The notes: generated from the letters alone by a model not told the origin. A DNA stretch of 34,751 bases from an uncultured Anaerolineae bacterium (GCA_966250245.1 CBINGT010000001.1:1-34751), one strand, 5' to 3'; shown: positions 26,920-34,364, numbered from the stretch's first letter. Made by a program: numbers and translations.

Positions 26920-27303
26920 ATGGCGAAAATCCTGATTGCAGAAGACGAGCGAGACATCCGCGACCTGATCGAGTTCACGTTGAAGTATGCGGGGCACGAG
27001 GTGTTTAAAGCGCGTAACGGAGCCGAAGCGGTAGAGATGGCGCCGCAGGTGAAGCCAGACCTGATCGTGCTTGACGTGCGGATGCCGCGCATGACCGGCT
27101 ACGAAGCCTGCCGCCAGCTTAAAGCCCACGACGAGCTAAAGGACACGCCGATTGTGTTCCTCTCGGCCAAGGGGCAGCAGAGCGAGATGGAAACCGGAAT
27201 CGATGCCGGAGCGTATGACTACATCCTCAAACCGTTCGCGCCAGACACGCTCATCCGGCGTGTGGGCGAGATTCTCGCCAAGTTTGGCGTCGGCGGGGCG
27301 TAA
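26920..27303 (+). CDS. Single-domain CheY-like response regulator, 127 aa
   Basis: IAEDE, LIVLDVRMPRMTG, FLSAK and ILKPF motifs. It starts 12 nt after the kinase stop, with RBS ggaag. Confidence 0.93.
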   Translation: MAKILIAEDERDIRDLIEFTLKYAGHEVFKARNGAEAVEMAPQVKPDLIVLDVRMPRMTGYEACRQLKAHDELKDTPIVFLSAKGQQSEMETGIDAGAYDYILKPFAPDTLIRRVGEILAKFGVGGA

Positions 27304-27345
27304 GATGAGTGGGCGTCCGATCCGCGCGGCGCGGCAGGGTGTTGT

Positions 27346-28353
27346 ATGAGCGCGCTGACGATTGAGCAGGACCTCGTCCACTACGAGGCGCTTGGGCGCG
27401 GCCGCCCGGTGATCCTCGTCCACGGCTGGCTCGGCTCGTGGCGCTACTGGATCCCCGCCATGCAGCAGCTCAGCGGCAAATATCGCAGCTATGCACTCGA
27501 CCTGTGGGGGTTCGGCGAAAGCGCGAAAGAGCCGCTCCGTTACGGGTTTGAGGAGCAGGTCCGCCTGCTGAACGAGTTCATGGAGCGGTTGGGGATCGCG
27601 AAGGCGGCGCTGGTCGGGCACGGCCTGGGCGCGGCGATCGTGACCCGCTTCGCGTTGCAGGCGCCGGATCGCGTTTCGCGCGTGATGGCGGTCAGCCCGC
27701 CGCTGTTCCACATGCCGCCTGCGCCGGAGCCTGTCGAGCCACCCAACACGCCGCGCCCGGAGATGTTCGGTCCCATTCCCTTCCGCGTGGACACTGAAGC
27801 CGAGACGATCGGGCTGCGGACCGAGGAAATGAACGCTCGCTTGCGCGCGGCCTTCGAGCGCGAGGCACAGCGGCTTGCCGCGGGCATCCCCGCGCCCGAG
27901 CCGCCCGCCGAGACGCGCCCGCCGCTCCCCAACCCGCTACGCGAGCGGTTGGAAACGGTCGATCCGGTGGCGCTGCTGACCCGCCACGCCGATCCCGGTC
28001 CGAACCTCGACAAGCTGCTGGTTGAGGTCCGCAAGGCCGACCCCGCCGCCGTCGCGCAGACGATAGAAACGATGGCCGGGGTGGACACCTTGCGCGAGCT
28101 TCAGCGCGTGCAGCCGCCGGTGCTGGCGGTGTACGGCAGCGAGGATACGATGCTCCCCGCGCCGGATAGCGACATGCTCAATGCTCTGCGCGCCGATGGC
28201 CGTCCGTTCCACGCGATCGAGATGCGCGGGCTGCGTCACTTCCCGATGTTAGACGACATCGCCGCGTTCAACCGCCTGCTGATGGACTTCCTCGAAGCCG
28301 CCGATCCGACGCGCGTCACCATCAAGGAGCGCTGGGAGCGGCGGGTGCGCTAG
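27346..28353 (+). CDS. Alpha/beta-hydrolase-fold paralog with the nucleophile Ser replaced by Gly (probable pseudoenzyme) and an expanded Pro-rich lid, 335 aa
   Basis: The N-terminal 100 aa is clearly paralogous to the 11845-12663 product (HYEA.GRGRPV.L.HGWLGSW..W...YALD..GFGES...FMER.GI). The nucleophile elbow reads GHGLGA (codon ggc at 27620-27622). Asp (GSEDTML) and His (LRHFPML) are retained. Confidence 0.8.
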   Translation: MSALTIEQDLVHYEALGRGRPVILVHGWLGSWRYWIPAMQQLSGKYRSYALDLWGFGESAKEPLRYGFEEQVRLLNEFMERLGIAKAALVGHGLGAAIVTRFALQAPDRVSRVMAVSPPLFHMPPAPEPVEPPNTPRPEMFGPIPFRVDTEAETIGLRTEEMNARLRAAFEREAQRLAAGIPAPEPPAETRPPLPNPLRERLETVDPVALLTRHADPGPNLDKLLVEVRKADPAAVAQTIETMAGVDTLRELQRVQPPVLAVYGSEDTMLPAPDSDMLNALRADGRPFHAIEMRGLRHFPMLDDIAAFNRLLMDFLEAADPTRVTIKERWERRVR

Positions 28354-29374
28354 ACGCCTCGCACAGCGGGCACGTGCGCCGCGCGGGCGTGCGTGCCGTT
28401 TCCGCTTCGCTCATCAGGTGATCCAGCCAATGCGCCTCAAGTTGATTGAGTTCGAGGCCGTAGACGCCCTGATAGTCGGCGAGCGTAACGTAGAGCACCC
28501 GCTCCTCGTCCGTTTCGACCCATTCCCACTTCGGCGAGCGGAACAGCACCTCTAGCCGCTCGTAACCGTATTCGTACAGCAGAAACTCGATGAACGACGC
28601 CCATTCCGTGTAGAGGATGTCGCGGCTCACCAGGCAGTCTCCCCCGGAATAGGCTGGCTCAAGATCGTAGTGCTCACGCAGCGACAGGTACTTCGACTGC
28701 TCAAAATGGGCGCGCACACTGTCGCTGAAGGATGTCGTTCCCTGCCAGGCGTGCCAATACCGTCCCGCTGCCCACGTCGCCATCCCTTCACTATGACCCG
28801 CCTCGGCAGGCATCCACCGCTGCTCGTTATTCCGCTGGGTCAGCACATGGCCGAGTTCGTGCGCCAAGACGCCCATGATCTGCGTATGGCTGGTATTCTC
28901 GTCCGTGTAGATAACGATTTCAGGCGGGTAATCACCGGCGTAGGGGTCGGACGGTGGTGATACTATGGCAAGACCCCTAACAGGGCAGACGTTCGAATCC
29001 GGGCGCTCAAAGAGGATGATCGTTTTCTCGTCGCTGGTGACTTCGAGCCGTGTGCTGACGTAGTCATACACTTCTTCCGCGTCGCGGGCGAACTGCTCCG
29101 GATCATCGACCGGGAAATAGCCCCTGCTCGCATGAATGAGAAAGTGGTCCGTCTCGGCTATAAGCTCTAGGTTGCCCATGAAATCTGGCGGGATGTGTAG
29201 GGCGTTTTCGTCAAACTCAGCGAACAACGGTTCATCCAATTGGAACGACTGTGTTGGCATAGGGTCTGGCGTGGGCGTGGCGTCGGTTTGGGCCGAGGCA
29301 GGGATGGAATACGCCAAAAAGGCGCCCCCAAGCAGCAAACACAGGCCGCTAAGAGCCGGGATCACTCGACGCAT
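28322..29374 (-). CDS. Secreted zinc metalloprotease-like protein (HEXXH), 350 aa
   Basis: Signal peptide MRRVIPALSGLCLLLGGAFLAYSIPASA. HELGH motif followed by a downstream HSEG. Visibly more A/T-ending codons than its neighbours. Its 3' end overlaps the convergent gene by 32 nt. Confidence 0.7.
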   Translation of the reverse strand: MRRVIPALSGLCLLLGGAFLAYSIPASAQTDATPTPDPMPTQSFQLDEPLFAEFDENALHIPPDFMGNLELIAETDHFLIHASRGYFPVDDPEQFARDAEEVYDYVSTRLEVTSDEKTIILFERPDSNVCPVRGLAIVSPPSDPYAGDYPPEIVIYTDENTSHTQIMGVLAHELGHVLTQRNNEQRWMPAEAGHSEGMATWAAGRYWHAWQGTTSFSDSVRAHFEQSKYLSLREHYDLEPAYSGGDCLVSRDILYTEWASFIEFLLYEYGYERLEVLFRSPKWEWVETDEERVLYVTLADYQGVYGLELNQLEAHWLDHLMSEAETARTPARRTCPLCEASSAPAAPSAP

Positions 29375-29479
29375 ACGCTGTTTCTCCTTTCAAAATGTAG
29401 TTTGTAAGGAGTGACGCTCACATTCACCATACATGGACTTCTCCCCGCCGGCAATGACCGATTCTCCGACGTTGATCGC

Positions 29480-29508
29480 TTGGCAGAACCCCGGCGCCCT
29501 GCTATAGT
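29480..29508 (+). promoter_or_regulatory. Sigma-70-type promoter of the thiamine operon
   Basis: TTGGCA (29480-29485), a 17-nt spacer, then TATAGT (29503-29508), immediately upstream of the riboswitch. Confidence 0.6.
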
Positions 29509-29524
29509 CAAAGTGAGAACATTC

Positions 29525-29630
29525 AGTTCGCCCGGGGGAGCTTGGGTTAGCCAGGCTGAGAGGCGCATCCATCACACGATGCCGACCCCAGGACCTGATC
29601 CGGGTAATTCCGGCGTAGGCAGGCGCGGCT
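29525..29630 (+). promoter_or_regulatory. TPP (thiamine pyrophosphate, THI-box) riboswitch aptamer
   Basis: Conserved blocks gggggagc, ctgaga, accc and gacctgatccgggtaattccggcgtagg match the THI element consensus (GGGGUGC, CUGAGA, ACCC, AACCUGAUCUGGAUAAUGCCAGCGUAGG). P1 candidate cgcc/ggcg. Confidence 0.92.
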
Positions 29631-29646
29631 TGGCATAAGACCGAGG

Positions 29647-29678
29647 ACCACTCGCTGCGCCGCGAGTGGTTTTTGTTT
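29647..29678 (+). terminator. Intrinsic terminator acting as the riboswitch expression platform
   Basis: 9-bp stem accactcgc / gcgagtggt with a 6-nt loop, followed by tttttgttt. It lies between the aptamer and the thiN start. Confidence 0.8.
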
Positions 29679-29701
29679 GGCGCGAACGCGCGGAGAGCAG
29701 G

Positions 29702-30352
29702 ATGCGAGCGCTGGTTTTCGCAAACGGTGAGTTGAACGACGGTCCGGCGGTGCGGGCTGCGTTGGACGGTGCGGGCGATGCGTTGATCGTCGCGGCAGAC
29801 GGTGGCGCGCGTCTGGCGCTGGAATGTGGCGTGACGCCCGCGCTGGTGATCGGTGATCTCGACTCCGTCTCGCCGGACGTGCTGGCGCGGCTCGAAGCGC
29901 AGGGCGCGCAGGTGCAGCGCGTTCCCGCTGAGAAGGACGAAACCGATCTGGAGCTGGCGTTGCTCGAAGCGGCCCGGCGCGGCGCGCAGTCGATCACGCT
30001 GATCGGCGCGGCGGGCGGGCGGCTGGATCATATGCTGGCGAACTTCTACCTGCTCGCCATGCCGGAGCTACGCGGGCTGGACGTGCGCGCCGTTGCGGGA
30101 GCGCAGGCGCTGTGGCTGGCGTGGCCGGGCGAGCACACGCTGACCGGCGCGCCGGCCGATCTCATCTCGCTGATCCCGCTCACGCCCGAAGCGTCCGGCA
30201 TCGTCACCGAGGGGCTGGAATATCCGCTGCGGCGCGAGTCGCTGTACGCGGGCGCGGCGCGCGGCGTCAGCAATGTGATGCTCGGCGCGACGGCGCGCGT
30301 CACGTTTGACGACGGGCTGCTGTTCATCGTGCACACCATGGAGCGCGCGTAA
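29702..30352 (+). CDS. thiN: Thiamine pyrophosphokinase, 216 aa
   Basis: GDLDS, EKDETDLELAL and GAAGGRLDH motifs, plus the C-terminal thiamine-binding part. RBS ggagag precedes ATG 29702. The track ORF starts at 29666. Confidence 0.88.
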   Translation: MRALVFANGELNDGPAVRAALDGAGDALIVAADGGARLALECGVTPALVIGDLDSVSPDVLARLEAQGAQVQRVPAEKDETDLELALLEAARRGAQSITLIGAAGGRLDHMLANFYLLAMPELRGLDVRAVAGAQALWLAWPGEHTLTGAPADLISLIPLTPEASGIVTEGLEYPLRRESLYAGAARGVSNVMLGATARVTFDDGLLFIVHTMERA

Positions 30353-30353
30353 G

Positions 30354-31217
30354 ATGGCGAATGGACCGTCTATTCCGGTGTCCGAAGGCTGGCCGAGGGT
30401 GTTTCAGGACGTCACGCGCGCGATCGTGCTGGTGATCGTCGGCGGGCTGGTGTTTCTGATGGCGGCATCCGGCACGGTGCAGTTGGTCCGCGAGGCGATC
30501 CTGGCGCAGAACCTCAGCTTTGAGGACATCTTCCCGACGCCGCGCGCGATAGCGGACGTCTGGCAGATGCACCGCGATCTGCTGCTGAACGATCACATCC
30601 CGCAAACGCTGTGGGAGACGCTCACTGGCCTGTCGATCGCGCTGGTGCTGGGCGTGCTGATCGCGGCGCTGATGGACTTCTCGAACGTGCTGCGCTGGAT
30701 CCTGTACCCGATCCTGGTCATCTCGCAGACGATCCCGATCTTCGCGATCGCGATCCTGCTGATCCTGATCTTCGGGTTTGGCAGCGGGCCGAAGGTGATG
30801 GTGGTGGTGCTGTTCTGCTTTTTCCCGATCGCGCTTAACACCTTCGCCGGGCTGCAAGCAGCCGATCCGGAGCTGCTGTCGCTGCTGCGGGCGATGGGCG
30901 CCACCTCGCTCCAGACGTGGACGAAAGCCCGCCTGCCCGCTGCGATGCCGTCGCTGTTCAGCGGCTTGCGGATCGCGGCGACGTATAGCGTGGTGGGCGC
31001 GATCTTCGGGGAGTACATCACCGCGCAGCAAGGGCTGGGCGTCTACCTCAAGCGGTCGTATGCCAGCTTCCAGCTTGATCAGGCATATCTGGCGATCCTG
31101 CTGACGGCGCTGCTCAGCCTGCTGCTCGTGTTGCTGGTCAATCTGGTCGAGCGCCTGACGCTGCGCTGGTACTACACCTCGCGGCGCTCTAGCTGGCGCG
31201 GACCAGGGATTTACTGA
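30354..31217 (+). CDS. thiX: ABC transporter permease, NitT/TauT family (ThiX-like HMP/thiamine-precursor uptake), 287 aa
   Basis: Multiple TM helices and an EAA-like loop (LLRAMGATSLQTWTKARLPAAMP). ATG 30354 lies 1 nt after the thiN stop. Operon context is downstream of the TPP riboswitch. Confidence 0.82.
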   Translation: MANGPSIPVSEGWPRVFQDVTRAIVLVIVGGLVFLMAASGTVQLVREAILAQNLSFEDIFPTPRAIADVWQMHRDLLLNDHIPQTLWETLTGLSIALVLGVLIAALMDFSNVLRWILYPILVISQTIPIFAIAILLILIFGFGSGPKVMVVVLFCFFPIALNTFAGLQAADPELLSLLRAMGATSLQTWTKARLPAAMPSLFSGLRIAATYSVVGAIFGEYITAQQGLGVYLKRSYASFQLDQAYLAILLTALLSLLLVLLVNLVERLTLRWYYTSRRSSWRGPGIY

Positions 31218-31222
31218 GAAGC

Positions 31223-31373
31223 AGTTAGCGGTTAGCCGTTAGCAGTTAGCCAAGAACAGAAGGCTTGTGCGGTGAAACCTCACCCCTTAACCCCCGGCCC
31301 CTTTTCCCCTCTCCGTAAACGGAGAGGGGCCAGGGGTGAGGTTCTAGCTCTTGCTAATCGCTAACCGCTAACA
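31223..31373. repeat. Inverted heptamer-array bracket repeat B4 with the hairpin element nested inside
   Basis: Left arm agttagc ggttagc cgttagc agttagc (31223-31250). Right arm gctaatc gctaacc gctaaca (31353-31373). The spacer carries hairpin element copy 2. Confidence 0.85.
31274..31344. repeat. Nested-hairpin palindromic element, copy 2
   Basis: Identical to copy 1 (1-72) except for one change, A (pos 23) to G (pos 31296), and the loop (gtaaac versus attcaat). All stem nucleotides are conserved. Confidence 0.9.
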
Positions 31374-31403
31374 ACTCATCGCTGAGAAGTAAGGAGTTGA
31401 ACG

Positions 31404-32480
31404 ATGCGTAAGTTTGCCCTGTGGACTGTAACGCTGTTGCTTGCGCTGGCGGTGGGTTTGCCCGCTGGCGCCCAGGATGGCGACGATGCGATCACCGAGC
31501 ACCTCGGCGGCGCGACCGAGTTCGCCCGCATGGATGAGCGGACCGAGGTCACCTTGCTGCTGGACTGGGTGCCGAACACCAACCACCTCGGTTTTTATGT
31601 CGCGCAGGCGCTCGGCTACTTTGACGAGGCCAATCTTGACGTCACCATTCAGGAGCCGACCGATCTCCAGGTCGAAACGGTGGTCGTCAGTGGAGCGGCG
31701 GAGTTTGGCGTGAGCTATCAGGAGCTGGCGACGTATGCGCTGGCCGACGACGTACCGATCGTTTCGCTGGCCGCGATCATCCAGCACAACACATCTGGAT
31801 TTGTAACGCTCCACGAGCAGGACCCGATCGAGCGCCCTGCGGACATGGCGGGTATGGTGTACGGCGGGTTTGGACAGCCCGACCTGGAGCTGGCGGTGCT
31901 GGATCGCCTGCTGGAGTGCGACGGCGCGGAGCCGGGCACGATCGAGTATGTGGACGTGGGCTACGCTGACCCCTTCCCGCTGATGGAGCGCGATCGGTTT
32001 GACCTGGCGTGGATGTACTTCGGCTGGACCGGGATTGACGCCCAGCTACGCGGGGTAGAACTTGATGCGGTGATGCTGATGGATCACTTCGACTGCCTGC
32101 CGGACTACTACACGCCAATCCTGATCACCAGCCGCGAGATGATCGAGACGCAGCCGGACCTCGTGCGCGCGTTCGTGCATGCGACGGCGCGCGGGTTCGC
32201 CTATGCAATCGAGTATCCGGTTGAGGCTGCCGAGATCCTGAGCGAAGCCGTGCCGGAGCTTGATCCGGAGCTGGTGCGGGCCAGCGCCGAATGGCTTGCG
32301 CCGCAGTACCGCGCCGACGCGCCGCGCTGGGGCGAGCAGTCGGTTGAGGTGTGGCAGGGGTTCAGTGACTTCCTGGTGGAGCATGGCATCCTCGCCGAAG
32401 GGATCGACGCCGAGGCTGCGTTCACCAACGAGTTCCTGCCGGGTGTGGTCGAGGAATCTGCTGAGGAATCCGGAGAATAG
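31404..32480 (+). CDS. thiY: ABC substrate-binding protein, NMT1/THI5-like (ThiY-like), 358 aa
   Basis: Signal peptide MRKFALWTVTLLLALAVGLPAGA. LLLDWVPNTNHLGFYVA motif of NMT1/THI5-like binding proteins. RBS aaggag lies 7 nt upstream. Confidence 0.85.
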   Translation: MRKFALWTVTLLLALAVGLPAGAQDGDDAITEHLGGATEFARMDERTEVTLLLDWVPNTNHLGFYVAQALGYFDEANLDVTIQEPTDLQVETVVVSGAAEFGVSYQELATYALADDVPIVSLAAIIQHNTSGFVTLHEQDPIERPADMAGMVYGGFGQPDLELAVLDRLLECDGAEPGTIEYVDVGYADPFPLMERDRFDLAWMYFGWTGIDAQLRGVELDAVMLMDHFDCLPDYYTPILITSREMIETQPDLVRAFVHATARGFAYAIEYPVEAAEILSEAVPELDPELVRASAEWLAPQYRADAPRWGEQSVEVWQGFSDFLVEHGILAEGIDAEAAFTNEFLPGVVEESAEESGE

Positions 32481-32510
32481 CGGCGCCCGAGGAGTCGCCC
32501 GATCACGCCC

Positions 32511-33275
32511 ATGAGCGAGCAGCCTTGTATCGAGGTGCGGTCTGTCAGCAAGACGTTTCGAGATGATGGGCGCGCGGTTCAGGCGCTGGCGGATGTCAGC
32601 TTTGCCGCGCGCCCTGGCGAGTTTGTGACCATCATCGGGCCGAGCGGTAGCGGCAAGAGCACGCTGTTCAACCTGATCACGGGCCTGACCGAGCCGGACA
32701 GTGGCGAAGTGCTGATCGATGGCGAGCCGGTTGCCGGGCGGACGGGGCTAGTCGGCCTGATGCCGCAGCGCGATCTGCTGCTCCCCTGGCGCACAGTGCT
32801 CGGCAACGTGATTCTCGGGCCGGAGCTGGACGGCGTGCCGAAGCGCGAGGCGCGGCGCCGGGCGCGGGAGTTCTTGCCGCTGTTTGGGCTGGAAGGCTTC
32901 GAGAACGCGTATCCTGACACGCTGTCCGGCGGGATGCGCCAGCGGGCCGCGCTGCTGCGCACATTCCTGACCGGGCGGAGCGTCCTGCTGCTCGACGAGC
33001 CATTTGGTGCACTCGACGCGCTGACGCGGCGCGAGCTTCAGCGCTGGCTGCTGGAGATATGGCACCGCTTCGATAAGACGATCCTGTTCATCACGCACGA
33101 CGTCGAAGAGGCCGTCTACCTGGCGGACCGGGTGCTGGTCTTCAGCGCGCGGCCCGGCCGGATTACCAAGATCCTCACCGTCGACCTGCCACGCCCGCGC
33201 AGCGCAGTTTCCCTGATGTCCGACGAGCTGCGGCGGCTGGAAGTCGAGCTAATCGAGACGCTGGAAGCTGGCTAG
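32511..33275 (+). CDS. thiZ: ABC transporter ATP-binding protein (ThiZ-like), 254 aa
   Basis: Walker A GPSGSGKST, signature LSGGMRQR, Walker B LLLDEPFGALD and H-loop ITHD. Confidence 0.9.
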   Translation: MSEQPCIEVRSVSKTFRDDGRAVQALADVSFAARPGEFVTIIGPSGSGKSTLFNLITGLTEPDSGEVLIDGEPVAGRTGLVGLMPQRDLLLPWRTVLGNVILGPELDGVPKREARRRAREFLPLFGLEGFENAYPDTLSGGMRQRAALLRTFLTGRSVLLLDEPFGALDALTRRELQRWLLEIWHRFDKTILFITHDVEEAVYLADRVLVFSARPGRITKILTVDLPRPRSAVSLMSDELRRLEVELIETLEAG

Positions 33276-33309
33276 CCGCTGCTTCCCGCGACCCATAGGA
33301 GCATCTCCG

Positions 33310-33858
33310 ATGTCTTTTGACGAGTACGATGACTTCGATCCCTACTACGATGACGAGGCTGACTACGACGATTGGGAAGACGACGATCCCGATTATGATC
33401 CCGAAGTCGACGCCTTCTGGGAGCGGTATCTCGCGTCGCTGCCGCCCGGCTCCCCCGTGCCGGACGAGCATTCGGCGTGGAGCTTCGGCGACAGCTCTGA
33501 GATGGCCGACGAGCTTGGCGGGCTGGTGGAGCAAGGCGTGAAGACGGCAACGTGCGGCCTGCTGGCGGAGTACGAGGCGGAAGGCGAACCGGTACCCGAA
33601 GTGGGCGACCTCAGCGTGATCACCGCCGGGGATGGCACGCCGCTGTGCATCATCGAGACGACCGAAGTGACCGTCCGCCCGTTCAACACCGTAGACGAAC
33701 AGTTCGCGTACGACGAAGGCGAGGGTGACTGCTCGTACCAGTACTGGTACGAGGGACACCGGCGCTTTTTCACGCGCGCTTGCGAGCGGCTGGGCTGCAC
33801 GTTTGACGAGTCAATGCCGGTGGTGTGTGAGCGGTTCCGCGTGGTGTATCGCGAGTGA
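33310..33858 (+). CDS. ASCH domain protein with a highly acidic Asp/Tyr-rich N-terminal extension, 182 aa
   Basis: The core FWERYL...GVKTATCGLL...VGDLSVI...FAYDEGEGD...WYEGHRRFF...VVCERFRVV fits the ASCH (YqfB-like) fold. The first roughly 36 aa are mostly D/E/Y. Confidence 0.8.
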   Translation: MSFDEYDDFDPYYDDEADYDDWEDDDPDYDPEVDAFWERYLASLPPGSPVPDEHSAWSFGDSSEMADELGGLVEQGVKTATCGLLAEYEAEGEPVPEVGDLSVITAGDGTPLCIIETTEVTVRPFNTVDEQFAYDEGEGDCSYQYWYEGHRRFFTRACERLGCTFDESMPVVCERFRVVYRE

Positions 33859-34013
33859 GCCACACGGGGAAAACTGATACGCTTCTAACGCGCGCGATAA
33901 TCTGATTCTAACCTTGATCGACTATGATAAGAGCGTCCATCAGTCCGCCTGGAGCGGCTTTGCTCCGGCGCTGACGGGACAATCCTGCAGGAGAGTTGAT
34001 CGAGGTAAACATC

Positions 34014-34364
34014 ATGGTTGCGCCTTTTGCGCCTGACGCGACGGAACTGTCGCCCGAGGTGCTTGAACTGCTCGATCAGCGCATTGCTGAGCTGGTCGAT
34101 ACCATTCGCGGGAACAACCGCCGGATCGAGGCGTTGAACGCCCGCATCGAAGAGGCCAAGGAAGAACTGCGCGCTCTGCTGGAGCAGCGCGGCGCGAACT
34201 GGTCTGACGAGGAAGGCTACGCGCGCCTGGTGACCGACACCGTGCGTCGCTGGTACGATACGCAGGCGCTCGACCGCCTGGTGATGAGCGATCCGCTGCG
34301 TCACGGCTGGCTGGTCGACTACCGGCGCGAGACCCCTGTCCGTGGCGGCGTGAAGGTTCGCTAA
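34014..34364 (+). CDS. Hypothetical coiled-coil protein, 116 aa
   Basis: Normal GC3-rich codon usage. The opposite-strand ORF is Arg-rich and looks spurious. Predicted helix LLDQRIAELVDTIRGNNRRIEALNARIEEAKEELRALLEQ. RBS gaggt lies 6 nt before ATG 34014. The track start is TTG 33996. Confidence 0.5.
   Translation: MVAPFAPDATELSPEVLELLDQRIAELVDTIRGNNRRIEALNARIEEAKEELRALLEQRGANWSDEEGYARLVTDTVRRWYDTQALDRLVMSDPLRHGWLVDYRRETPVRGGVKVR

Noticed and set aside
16461-27129. Series of long minus-strand ORFs (for example 19507-21048, 21772-23922 and 24157-27129, up to 990 aa) opposite the giant kinase gene
   Set aside because: All lie antisense to a continuous 3485-aa ORF with clear GAF/PAS/HisKA/HATPase motifs. 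Their products are Arg/Ala/Gln/Leu low-complexity with no motifs, which is a high-GC stop-codon-depletion artefact.
31223-31373. Heptamer arrays as a CRISPR array or telomere-like repeat
   Set aside because: The period is only 7 nt with no unique spacers, and the arrays occur as short inverted pairs. No cas genes are present. The core GTTAGC is not a known telomeric unit, and the context is internal chromosomal.
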